Below are positions 1 to 8,676 of a stretch of DNA of 32,000 nucleotides, piece after piece. Made by a program: the position numbers and the translations under genes. Source of the DNA: Deinococcus radiodurans R1 = ATCC 13939 = DSM 20539 (GTDB lineage: Bacteria; Deinococcota; Deinococci; Deinococcales; Deinococcaceae); the NCBI RefSeq assembly GCF_000008565.1, contig NC_000958.1, positions 145,467-177,466 of the forward strand, in the 5' to 3' direction. Position 1 is the stretch's first letter. Each line of letters begins with the position of its first letter. The notes beneath the pieces were generated by a model. That model had not been told where the DNA came from. It did no database searches and saw only the letters and a program-made list of their open reading frames with translations.

Positions 1-689
1 AGCAGCACGTGAAGCGGGAAATGGTGCGGCCAGGTTTCGAGCAGGGCGGCGATGGTCGGCAGCGCGGTTTCGTCGCCGAGCAGCCAGGTTTCGCCCGCCG
101 CGAAGTCGGGAAACAGCTCATGCCGCTCGCCACGTGCCGTGACCGTCTCACCGGGCCGCAGCTCCCTGGCCCAGCGACTGCCGGGACTGCTTTCGTGGCT
201 GTAGATGTCCACCAGCACCCGCCCGGCGCCCACCCGGCGCAGGGTGTAGGGACGCGGCGTCTGGCCCTCGGCCACGTCAAAGCGGCAGCTGTCGCCGGGG
301 CGCCAGTCGCTGCGGTCATCACCGTTCAGGGCGAGGGTCAGGCGGCGAAAGTGTGCGCCCACCCGCTCGTTTTTCTCCAGTTGCCAGTGGGCCACCCGGC
401 GCGGCGGCCACACGCCGAGCCGCTTCATGGCCTCCAGAAAGGTCGCCTGCACCTGCTCTTCCAGCGTCCCCTCGCCCACGAAAGGCACGAAGGACCGCTG
501 CCCGGCGCAGTCCACCTCGAGGCCATCGCTGAACAGCTGGCGCAGCTCGGCCCGCTCCGCCTTCCGCTGCGGCGTGAAGGCCCGCACGCAGTAGAGCAGC
601 GCCTCGGCATGGTCGTCGTTGAGGTGCGTGATGGTGGCGCGAATCTCGTCGCCGGTGAGCGGCTGGCGAGCAGTCACAGCGCGGCTCAT
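1..689 (-). CDS. Siderophore-interacting FAD-binding reductase (DUF2470-like N-terminus + SIP/FAD-binding domain), 5' portion; the gene continues beyond the window start
   Basis: It is absent from the ORF track because it runs off the edge. The minus-strand frame is open from ATG (complement of 687-689, ATGA overlap with the upstream stop) to position 1. My translation: [38 protein letters not shown] (DUF2470-like NDDH motif) ... [22 protein letters not shown] (RxYT FAD motif of siderophore reductases) ... [17 protein letters not shown]. Confidence 0.75.
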   Translation of the reverse strand, partial: MSRAVTARQPLTGDEIRATITHLNDDHAEALLYCVRAFTPQRKAERAELRQLFSDGLEVDCAGQRSFVPFVGEGTLEEQVQATFLEAMKRLGVWPPRRVAHWQLEKNERVGAHFRRLTLALNGDDRSDWRPGDSCRFDVAEGQTPRPYTLRRVGAGRVLVDIYSHESSPGSRWARELRPGETVTARGERHELFPDFAAGETWLLGDETALPTIAALLETWPHHFPLHVL

Positions 690-1660
690 TTCACCTTGTC
701 CAGCAGCAGCCGGGTCACTTCGTTGCTGTTGCGGATACTGACCAACGGCCCGGAATACGGCGCGAAGGCCTCGGGGCGGTACACGACGCTCTGGGCGCGC
801 AACTTCTGACCCACCGGGGTCTTCAAAAAGGCGTCGGCGCCGTCGTATTTGCCGCCGGGAGGAAACAGGACCACCAGCGTTTTCCTGTCGAGGCCGAGCA
901 GCGCCTCGTCACTGATCTGCGCGCCCACGTTCAGGGTGGTGGCTTTGGTGTTCAGTCCGTCTTTGAAACCGAGCGCCCGCAGATCGGGAATCAGCCGGAC
1001 GTTGCTGTAGACCCAGTTGTTGCCGCCCGCGAAGGGAGCGACCACGACCACCTTGTCGTATTTCTTGAACACACCCGCCGCCAGCAGCTTCCTGGCGTTG
1101 GCACGGTTCACGTCGGCCACCTGCTGGATGACTTTTTCGGCCTCCACCTGTTTGCCGAAGACTTTGGCAAGGTCGCGCAGGCCTTTTTGCCAGAAGCCCG
1201 CGCCGCCTTCTTTGTATCCGACAGTGGGCGCCACCCGGCTGAGCTTGTCGTAATTCTGGTTGCCGTCCCAGGTCAGGCGCACGATCAGGTCAGGCCTGAG
1301 CGCCGTGAGGACTTCCAAATTGGGCGCCGTCCAGCTGCCGATGTAGGCGGGGCTGTTCAGGCCGACCCGGCCGTAAAAGCCCTCTTTGAGGACATTCGCC
1401 TTGATCTTGCCGCCCTGAACGTCCTGCGGCTCAAAGTAAGTGGAGCCGATCCCCACCACGCGGCTTTGCACGCCCAGCGCAGCCAGCCAGCCCAGCGCCT
1501 CCTCGTCCATCGCGACGACCCGCTGCGGATTTTTCTTGACAGTGGCAGTGCCTTCGTCGTGCTTGAGGGTCAGGGTGGCTGCCTGCTGCGCCAGGACGTG
1601 CCCCTGGGTGGCCGCGAAGGCGCCGAGGGCGAGGGTCAGAAAAAGGGGCTGAAACTTCAT
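686..1660 (-). CDS. Periplasmic iron-siderophore type ABC transporter substrate-binding protein
   Basis: 324-aa ORF with an N-terminal signal peptide ([20 protein letters not shown]). Length and sequence pattern fit FhuD/FepB-class binding proteins. Its stop overlaps the start of the downstream siderophore reductase gene. Confidence 0.8.
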   Translation of the reverse strand: MKFQPLFLTLALGAFAATQGHVLAQQAATLTLKHDEGTATVKKNPQRVVAMDEEALGWLAALGVQSRVVGIGSTYFEPQDVQGGKIKANVLKEGFYGRVGLNSPAYIGSWTAPNLEVLTALRPDLIVRLTWDGNQNYDKLSRVAPTVGYKEGGAGFWQKGLRDLAKVFGKQVEAEKVIQQVADVNRANARKLLAAGVFKKYDKVVVVAPFAGGNNWVYSNVRLIPDLRALGFKDGLNTKATTLNVGAQISDEALLGLDRKTLVVLFPPGGKYDGADAFLKTPVGQKLRAQSVVYRPEAFAPYSGPLVSIRNSNEVTRLLLDKVK

Positions 1661-1667
1661 GGCGCTG

Positions 1668-1697
1668 ATATTGGAGTAATCCGACCAATTAAGTCAA
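1668..1697 (-). promoter_or_regulatory. Candidate sigma70-type promoter giving a leaderless mRNA for the siderophore binding-protein operon
   Basis: The minus strand reads TTGACT (comp. 1692-1697), 18 nt, CAATAT (comp. 1668-1673), 7 nt, ATG (comp. 1658-1660). There is no Shine-Dalgarno sequence between the -10 and the ATG. Confidence 0.3.
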
Positions 1698-1712
1698 GTT
1701 AAAAGTGGCCCT

Positions 1713-1733
1713 CGTTGTCCATGCATGACAACG
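1713..1733. repeat. Inverted repeat CGTTGTC-N7-GACAACG just upstream of the candidate -35; possible metalloregulator operator
   Basis: Two perfect 7-bp arms flank a 7-nt spacer (CATGCAT) that contains the ATGCAT palindrome. It lies about 55-75 nt upstream of the binding-protein start codon. Confidence 0.3.
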
Positions 1734-2002
1734 GCGAATTTCTCAGTTTCAGTGGGTTTTCGCTCGCTCCCCTGCTTTTGAGTCGCTTTGAAAGGTCAAG
1801 CCGTCGTCTCATGACCGCGTGGCGCTTGCCGCGTCGATATGCTGTCGGCAGGATTTCTGACTTTATAGACACAGTGACCATCGGCACTGATACCCGGTCT
1901 GAACTTTTGTAATTGTCGCGGCTCCTGAACCCTCACCAGCTCCGCCGACCGCAGACTGAAGGGAAAGCCAGCAGCTCCCGGCCAGTCTCTGTGTCGCTGG
2001 TC

Positions 2003-2570
2003 TCAGTTCGGTTGCTGGCCGTTCACTGCCTGCACGCCGCCGCGTAAAAAGGCATTGAGTTGCTCGGCCACCTCCTGCGGATCGCCCGTGGGGGTTTCAC
2101 GGACCACTGTCTCGTACACCACTCCACGCAGCAACCCCGAAATCAGTGGCAGCAGGGCGTCGGAAGCCAGACGCCGACTGCCGAGTGCCCCAGCCATGCC
2201 GCCAATCATGGCGTCGTCGAAAGCCTCGCGGCGCTCACGCAGCTCTGCGCTGCCACCACACGACAAGAGTAAAAGGAGTTGCCGGTGGTTGCTAAGCACC
2301 GTGAACAGGGCACCGAAATCCATCGGCTGACCGGGGACGACCAGTGACTCGAGGTCTGGATTAATGGCGGCCAGACGCTCGTCGAGCAGGGCTTGGAGGA
2401 TCCCTTCGGTGTGGTGAAAATAGGTGTAGATGGTGGGCCGTGAGGTGCCAATTTTCTCCGCGATCATGCCCATGGAGACGCCCTCAAAGCCGTGGCGAAT
2501 AAACAGCTCACCTGCCGCGGCCAAGAATCTCGGCGCGGCGCTGGTCTCCGGGAAGGCGTGTTTTGGTCAT
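2003..2570 (-). pseudogene. TetR/AcrR-family transcriptional regulator with an apparent +1 frameshift in codon ~17
   Basis: The ORF 2003-2524 encodes the HTH core AAAGELFIRHGFEGVSMGMIAEKIGTSRPTIYTYF. The expected N-terminus MTKTRLPGDQRRAEIL is encoded from ATG comp. 2568-2570 in another frame, which then stops (GRGR*). The two frames meet at 2522-2525, where ...GAGATTCTTGGCCGCG... has one base too many. Confidence 0.65.
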
Positions 2571-3053
2571 AGGCTAGGAGTGTATCGGGCGCAAACCTCA
2601 ACGTGACCGCGTCAAGGACCCCCTTGAACAACTTGAGAATGGCCGTTGCCTAACAAGCGACACTTCAGAGCACAGAGCAAACTGGACAGAACCTGTGATG
2701 TCCTGTTCAGGCTCACAGCTTCCTGAAAAATCCGGGGCGCCGCTCCTTCGGGACCGATTGGCCTCTCATTCTGCACGCGCTCTGCTGCTGGAGAGGGCCT
2801 CAGACAGCCCACGCGGATGTCTCCAAACGTTCCGGAAAATTCTGCCTGATTTGTGAGTGCCCTCCGCAGACGCTTTGAGCAGCGCGATGACCTCTCCCAT
2901 ACCCGCTTCCGAAAGCTGGAGTTTGTCCGGTAACAGTTCATATCCAGATTCATCGGTGTATTTCTTTCTGATCTTCACGCTCTGATCCGGACGATGCCGC
3001 GTTCATTCTTGAACAGTGAGGGCGGCTTGAGCCGCTCCACAAGCCCTACACTT

Positions 3054-4367
3054 TCAGTGCAGGGGCGTTGAGTCTCCAATCCGGCGCAGGCGTACCCGCG
3101 TGATTTTCAGCTCAGAGACTTCCTCCACCGTCAGGTCGACGCCTTGGACGTGTACCGTTACACCGGAGGCAGGCACTGTTCCGGTCTGCGCCAGAATCAG
3201 TCCGGCGACGGTGGAGACATCCATACTGCCCAGCGGCAAGCCGTAATCGTCGCGCAGTTCGCTGAGGGTCACCTCGCCGTCGAGGGTCAGTGAGCCGTCC
3301 CCATTTTCCTGAATCCAGAAGCCGTCGCTCTCTTCTTCCTCGTCCATCACGTCGGCAATCAGGTCGTCCATTGTGACGAAGCCCAGTGTGCCGCCGAATT
3401 CGTCCGCCACCAGCGCCGCGTGGACCCGCTCGCGCTTGAACATCGAAAGCAGTTCTTCTGCCTTCGCGGTGGCGGCCACACTGGGCAGCGGACGCACCAA
3501 GCGGCTCAGGTCGGGAACGCGGCCCGACGCCTGCGCCCGCATGAAGTCTTTGATGTGCAGCACGCCTATGATGTGGTCGAGGTTGTCCTCAAAGACAGGG
3601 TAACGGCTGCGGGGTGAAGCAGCGATCCGGGTCGCCACGTCCTGCGACAAGGCACGCACGCTGAGCACTTCCATGCGGCTGCGCGAGGTCATCAGCTCCT
3701 CGGCGGTGCGTTCTTCCAACTCGAAGATGTTGTGAATCAAATCACGCTGCACGTCGCCCAGCTGTCCGCTGTCAGCCACTTCCTCAGTCACGATGGCGAG
3801 TTCTTTGGACGTGTACAGCGTGGCTGACTTGTCCGGTTCCGGAATACGCAGCAGCCGCATCAGCCCCAAGGCCAGGAAGTTCAGCACTGCCACGAAGGGC
3901 CGGAAAATCAGGCCGAATACCCTCATCAGCGGATTGACGCTCAGACTCATCTGCTCGGGTGCCTGCAGGGCCAGCGCCTTGGGAATCATCTCCCCAAAGA
4001 CGACATGCATAAATGTGATGGAACTCAGGGCGACGACGAAGCCGACGGTATGCGCGGTGTCGTGGCTCAGCCCCCACTTTTCGAAGGGGCCATACAGCCA
4101 CCTGGCGACGGCAGGCTCGCCGTACATCCCCAGACCGATACTCGCCAGCGTGATGCCGAGCTGCGCGACAGCGATGTAGCCGTCTTTTCCAGTGGGACGG
4201 TCGAAGACCCCCAGCAGCCAGCGGGCCGCGCCGTTGCCACCCTCGGCCAGGGTCTGCAAGCGGCTGCGCTTGGCCCCTACCAGGGCGAACTCAGCAGCAA
4301 CGAACAGGCCGTTGAGAACGACGAGCGCCAGGATGATGACAACAGGCAAGAAGACGTTCTGCATCAT
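3054..4367 (-). CDS. CNNM/CorC-family (hemolysin-like) membrane protein: DUF21 + CBS pair + CorC_HlyC
   Basis: 437 aa. DUF21 N-terminus (LNGLFVAAEFALVGAKRSRL), a CBS-pair region (IIGVLHIKDF...AALVADEFGGTLGFVTMDDLI) and a C-terminal CorC_HlyC-like transporter-associated domain. Confidence 0.9.
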   Translation of the reverse strand: MMQNVFLPVVIILALVVLNGLFVAAEFALVGAKRSRLQTLAEGGNGAARWLLGVFDRPTGKDGYIAVAQLGITLASIGLGMYGEPAVARWLYGPFEKWGLSHDTAHTVGFVVALSSITFMHVVFGEMIPKALALQAPEQMSLSVNPLMRVFGLIFRPFVAVLNFLALGLMRLLRIPEPDKSATLYTSKELAIVTEEVADSGQLGDVQRDLIHNIFELEERTAEELMTSRSRMEVLSVRALSQDVATRIAASPRSRYPVFEDNLDHIIGVLHIKDFMRAQASGRVPDLSRLVRPLPSVAATAKAEELLSMFKRERVHAALVADEFGGTLGFVTMDDLIADVMDEEEESDGFWIQENGDGSLTLDGEVTLSELRDDYGLPLGSMDVSTVAGLILAQTGTVPASGVTVHVQGVDLTVEEVSELKITRVRLRRIGDSTPLH

Positions 4368-5665
4368 GCCTGGCCCCCAGGCAGGTCAGTTTCAGGCAGG
4401 TCGAAGCTCGCCCGACGGATGGCGCGGCGCTCTACCGCGTCCACGCGCAGTCGCAGGCTCGTCGGCTCGATCACGATTTCGTCGCCCACCAGCGGCAGGC
4501 GGCCCAGCTCCAGCCACAGCAGACCGCTCACGGTGTCCACCTCGTCGGTGGGCAGCTTCAGAGAGAGACGGCTGTTGAGGGTTTCGAGCAGCACGTCACC
4601 GCGCACGCTCACCCGCCCGCCGGACACGGTAATGGGTTCTTCCTCCTGGTCGAACTCGTCCTGCAGCTCGCCAAAGATTTCTTCCAGGGCGTCTTCCAGC
4701 GTCACCATGCCGATGACAGTGCCGTACTCGTTGACCACCAGGGCGCTGTGTCTGCCACTCTCGCGCAGATGCGTCCAGAGGTCGGGGACACTCATCACCT
4801 CGGCGACGATGAGGGGAGAGACCATCACGCTCGACACCGGGGCCAGCGGGGTGCGCTGCGCGGCGAGGTACAAGCGGCGCAGGTGAACCACGCCCACGAT
4901 CTCGTCACCTTGCGTGACCGGGAAGCGGGAGTAGGGGCTGCCTGCCAGACTCCGCAGGGCGTCGGCTACCGGCACGTTCACTGGTACAGTAAGCAGCTTC
5001 GTCCGGGCGCTCATGATTTCGCGCACGATCCGGTTTTCCACGTTCAGCACACCTGCCAGCATGTCGCGCTCCTCGGCGTCAATCAGCCCGCCCGCCGCAC
5101 TCTCGCGGTACAGGCCTTCGAGTTCTTCCGGAGAATGGATGTGGGCGTGGCTGTGGTCGGCGCTGAGTTTCAGGCCCTTCATGAGCGCGAAGGCCGTGCC
5201 GTTGAACAGCGCAATCAGCGGCGTGAACAGCCACTGGCTCAGCTGCATCGGCACCAGGGTCGCCAGCGCCAGCCGCTCGGGATAGCGCAGGGCCACCGTC
5301 TTGGGCAGCAACTCACCCAGCACGACCTGCAAGATGGTGATGAGTACCAGCACGACGAGGACGGCCACCGCCTGCCCGGCTTCTCCGAAGTAGGGCGTGA
5401 GCAGCGGGGTCAGCTGCGCTTGGCCGTAGGACCCGGCCACCAAACTGGAGAGGGTAATGCCGGTCTGGCAGGCCGCCACATAATTGTCCAGCCGCTTGGG
5501 GTCTTTGAGGATATGCAGCAGCCGGCCCGCCGCGCTATTGCCCGCTTCGGCAGCTTCCTGTACCCGGGAACGGCGCGAACCGACGGTGGCGAACTCAGCG
5601 GCGACGTAGAGGGCATTGACGGCCACCATGACCAGAATGACGAGAAGAGGCACCAGGGCGTTCAT
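4364..5665 (-). CDS. CNNM/CorC-family (hemolysin-like) membrane protein, paralogue of the downstream gene
   Basis: 433 aa with the same DUF21-CBS-CorC_HlyC layout (VNALYVAAEFATVGSRRSRV; SALVVNEYGTVIGMVTLEDALEEIFGE). A 4-nt ATGA overlap joins it to 3054-4367. Confidence 0.9.
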   Translation of the reverse strand: MNALVPLLVILVMVAVNALYVAAEFATVGSRRSRVQEAAEAGNSAAGRLLHILKDPKRLDNYVAACQTGITLSSLVAGSYGQAQLTPLLTPYFGEAGQAVAVLVVLVLITILQVVLGELLPKTVALRYPERLALATLVPMQLSQWLFTPLIALFNGTAFALMKGLKLSADHSHAHIHSPEELEGLYRESAAGGLIDAEERDMLAGVLNVENRIVREIMSARTKLLTVPVNVPVADALRSLAGSPYSRFPVTQGDEIVGVVHLRRLYLAAQRTPLAPVSSVMVSPLIVAEVMSVPDLWTHLRESGRHSALVVNEYGTVIGMVTLEDALEEIFGELQDEFDQEEEPITVSGGRVSVRGDVLLETLNSRLSLKLPTDEVDTVSGLLWLELGRLPLVGDEIVIEPTSLRLRVDAVERRAIRRASFDLPETDLPGGQA

Positions 5666-6108
5666 GCTGACCTGCTTATAGCGAAGCTGAACCGGAAGAC
5701 TGAAGTAAACAAGAATTCTCCTGAGTGTGGTCTAGAGAAAAATAGAACCGCATGTGGGAACGGCTGCCACAAGAAGTAGGCACGCTCCCGTGAGCACGGA
5801 GCGAATTCATGAACAAATGACCAGGCCAAAAACCACCAGCTGGCTTGACCGCCCTCTGTATGACGCCGACACGACCAGTTCAGATCAGGATGTGAGGGCT
5901 TCCGACGGCTGATCATGCCGTGCCGGAGCAACCTTCCCGGGAAATGGAGAGCAACATATAACAGCACTGGGAGGTTCGTCATTGTCGATAGGCGGCGCCA
6001 TCAGAAGACAAAATAACTTGAGCAGAGCAGCGAAGGCATGAGGGACGGCTTACCTTTGAGCCGCGCCACAGCAGGCAGAAAACAAGATGTCCTCTGCGCT
6101 CCAGCGGT

Positions 6109-6888
6109 TCACTCTCTCCGACTTGAATCCCCTGTGACCTCAGGCTGATGAAGCTTGACGGGCTGATGGCCGCGAACCCGCATGTTTAGTGCCTCGACCA
6201 CAACAGCGAAGCCCATGGCGAAATAGGTGTACCCCTTGGGAATCTTGAGGTGGAACCCCTCGGCCACCAAGTTCACGCCGATCAGCAGGAGGAACGACAG
6301 CGCCAGCATCTTCACGGTGGGATGCTTCTGCACGAACTCGCCAATTGGCCTGGCCGCGAACAGCATGATTCCGACAGTCACAATGACGGCCCAGACCATC
6401 ACGCCAATATCGTCGGCCATGCCGACGGCGGTAATCACGCTGTCGAGGCTGAACACGATATCCAGCACCATAATCTGCGCGATGATGGCGGCAAAGCTGG
6501 CTGTTCCGGCTTTCAGAGGAGTGGTTTCCTGGTGATCAGGCCCTTCAAGCAGTTCGTGCATTTCCTTGACGGCTTTGTACATCAGGAAGAGGCCACCACC
6601 CAGCAGCACGAGGTCTTTTCCGGAAAAGCCCAGCCCAAAGACCTGAAACAGTTCGTTTTTGAGGCTCACCACCCAGGCAATACTGGCCAGGAGCAATAGC
6701 CGGGTGATGGCGGCAGCGAGCAGGCCGATGGTGCGGGCACGGTCACGCTGTTCGGGGGGCAGTTTGCCTGACAGGATGCTGATGAAGATGACGTTGTCGA
6801 TGCCGAGGACGATCTCCAGCAGCAGCAGGGTGCCGAACGCCAACCAGGCTTCAGGTTGGGCCATCCAGGCGAAGAGGGTACCGATCAC
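6109..6888 (-). CDS. TerC-family integral membrane protein
   Basis: The signature LLLEIVLGIDNVIFISIL and a second half-repeat VLDIVFSLDSVITAVG are present. The ORF track extends to 7023. I prefer GTG at comp. 6886-6888, preceded by GGAG 5 nt upstream, or ATG at 6864. The start is uncertain. Confidence 0.8.
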   Translation of the reverse strand: MIGTLFAWMAQPEAWLAFGTLLLLEIVLGIDNVIFISILSGKLPPEQRDRARTIGLLAAAITRLLLLASIAWVVSLKNELFQVFGLGFSGKDLVLLGGGLFLMYKAVKEMHELLEGPDHQETTPLKAGTASFAAIIAQIMVLDIVFSLDSVITAVGMADDIGVMVWAVIVTVGIMLFAARPIGEFVQKHPTVKMLALSFLLLIGVNLVAEGFHLKIPKGYTYFAMGFAVVVEALNMRVRGHQPVKLHQPEVTGDSSRRE

Positions 6889-7334
6889 GAGAACTCCAAT
6901 AGGGTATGGGCAAACGTGACTCACGAAAGTCGCGCTCTGGACGTATCCGCTGAGTTCAGGGTGAGGCGGAAGCGCAGGCAGGGAAGCGTGCGTTGAAACC
7001 ATCGTCCGGGAGAAGTTGTGCACGAATCATGTCGGTTGCATGAAGGACCTTCATTTGACTGTCGCGCCTCTTTCTATAGTTGGTGCGTGATTGGGCGGGT
7101 CTGATTAGATCATTTGACAAAAAGAGTGCACCGCTTTTTGACGAGCGGAGCGAGTGCAAACCAACGAGCAGGACGGACTTGCAAAGCTGCGAAGCAGAGA
7201 ATGGAGCGGGTGGCGGCGCTGTTCCGACGCACGCGTAATTCGGAGAACTGCTCTAAGCCAGGCCCCGAATCGCAAAGGAAGAGCCCGCAGTAACGGGTGT
7301 ATTGGAGGAGGAATTTTAAGGCAGCAGGTACGAA

Positions 7335-8656
7335 CAATGGTTCGTGCAGTTTTAGGCGGCTTTAAGTCCGAAATCCAGCGGACTGAACGGCGAATTCGCT
7401 CATTCTTCAAAGCGAGCCGAGAGGTCCAGATTGGATAAAATGACCTGGGCCAGCAGGGCGTTATACGCCCTGCGTTTCATGTCTTCGAGACTGAACACCA
7501 GATCCTGCCCGCCACCTGCCGCTCGCAGGGCCTCCAGTCGGCAAAGATTCAGGGTCAGCAGCACCACGTTCCAATGCGCCTCGATGCCCTGCTGTGACCG
7601 CAGTTGCACATCCTGGCCCCCCAGGAACTGTTTGGCATCCCGGAAGATCAGTTCGATCTCAAAGCGGCTTCGATACAGCGCCATGACCTCATGAGCCGGC
7701 ATGGTCACAGCGGTGCTGAACAGCACCGCGTAGCCGGTGACCTGACCCTTTTTACCAATCTGCTGAATGACGACTGCGCGCACTTCCCGCGCCCACTGCA
7801 CGCTCCAGACCACCTGCGTCCACACCCGCTCAGTCGGCCTTGCAGAGACGAGGTCGAAGCGCTGCAGGTCACTGAAGTCCACCTTACCGTCGAACTTCTT
7901 CTTTCGCCCCCGTCGTCTGGGATGCTCACCGGTGTAGAGGTCGTTGAGGTTGGCGTTGCGAGGCAATCTGGAGATAAACGGGAGACCGTGACCCGTCACG
8001 GTCTCCACGATGGGTTCCTTCGCGTAATTCCCGTCGGCAACGACAGCAGCCAGATCAAGCTGTTGAACAGTCCGGAGATCGAGCAGCACGTCATCCAGCT
8101 GATCGGCGGCCTGTTCCAGACGAGTTGGAGCCTCAGACCCGGTCAGGGTCTGACGGACATCGACCGTCAAGGCCTGCCGGTGCTGGACATCAATGAGGGC
8201 ACAACAGGATTGCTCGATTCCGCGTTCGGTCCGCGCGGCACAGCCATTCCAGAACGAGCCGAGGTGTGCGGTGTGCTGACCGGCTTTGCGGTGAAAAGAG
8301 GCGTCGATGGCCAGAACGCACAGTGGGCTGATCAGCCCACTCTCGATTGCTGTACTGACAGTCGCCTGGTGTAACGCGCCCCACGGAATGGCCCCATCGT
8401 CACTTCGGTGCAGCCAACGACGAATCGTACTCTCCGAGCAGGCTGCATACCGGGAGAGATTCAGGGCGTTCAGCCGTCCAGGAACAGCGAGAAAAACGCT
8501 GAGCAGCACGGTCAGGAAATTCCGCTGCGTCTTGCGCAGCGGGACCGCGCTGAGAACGTACTGTAGGATGGCCATCAGACCCATTGGAAGCGGTGATTTC
8601 ACAGCTCCATTTTCAATGGGTCTTTCCTTTTGGGCTCAAAACTGCACGAACCATTG
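7335..8656 (-). mobile_element. Complete IS element (IS4/IS701-like DDE transposase), 1322 bp, perfect 19-bp terminal inverted repeats
   Basis: CAATGGTTCGTGCAGTTTT at 7335-7353 is the exact reverse complement of AAAACTGCACGAACCATTG at 8638-8656. The repeats enclose a single transposase ORF. Confidence 0.85.
7400..8602 (-). CDS. DDE transposase (IS4/IS701-like)
   Basis: 400 aa. Candidate catalytic triad contexts are LAIDASF, VVADGNYA and YRSRFEIELIFRDAKQ. It is bounded by the 19-bp IRs. Confidence 0.85.
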   Translation of the reverse strand: MKSPLPMGLMAILQYVLSAVPLRKTQRNFLTVLLSVFLAVPGRLNALNLSRYAACSESTIRRWLHRSDDGAIPWGALHQATVSTAIESGLISPLCVLAIDASFHRKAGQHTAHLGSFWNGCAARTERGIEQSCCALIDVQHRQALTVDVRQTLTGSEAPTRLEQAADQLDDVLLDLRTVQQLDLAAVVADGNYAKEPIVETVTGHGLPFISRLPRNANLNDLYTGEHPRRRGRKKKFDGKVDFSDLQRFDLVSARPTERVWTQVVWSVQWAREVRAVVIQQIGKKGQVTGYAVLFSTAVTMPAHEVMALYRSRFEIELIFRDAKQFLGGQDVQLRSQQGIEAHWNVVLLTLNLCRLEALRAAGGGQDLVFSLEDMKRRAYNALLAQVILSNLDLSARFEE

Positions 8657-8676
8657 GTCAAAGCCCCTACTCCTTT

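Noticed and set aside
9-809. 266-aa plus-strand ORF covering the window start
   Set aside because: It lies antisense to a much better minus-strand reading (siderophore-interacting reductase with DUF2470 and RxYT motifs, open to the window edge). Its Arg/Gly/Ala/Pro-rich composition is typical of GC-driven shadow ORFs.
4005-5779. 293-aa and 343-aa plus-strand ORFs (4005-4886, 4748-5779)
   Set aside because: They are antisense to the two CNNM/CorC genes, which have full DUF21-CBS-CorC_HlyC architecture.
5662-5982. 106-aa minus-strand ORF in the CNNM leader
   Set aside because: Its composition is implausible (Trp/Cys/His/Phe-rich), it has no RBS, and it overlaps the start of the downstream gene. 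I treat it as non-coding leader.
7061-7119. 9-bp direct repeat TCATTTGAC occurring twice 50 bp apart
   Set aside because: A single 9-mer repeat in a region of about 300 bp is within chance expectation, and it has no supporting symmetry or context.
6889-7334. Possible yybP-ykoY (Mn) riboswitch upstream of the TerC gene
   Set aside because: I looked on the minus strand for the GGGGAGUAG and UUGACAUA-type conserved cores and did not find them. Only a short hairpin is present (CAAAAAG-N9-CTTTTTG at about 7112-7134). A covariance-model scan is still needed.
7321-8670. Target-site duplication flanking the 1322-bp IS
   Set aside because: I compared the bases adjacent to both IR ends, also allowing a 22-bp IR with one mismatch. 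No direct repeat of 3 bp or more is present.
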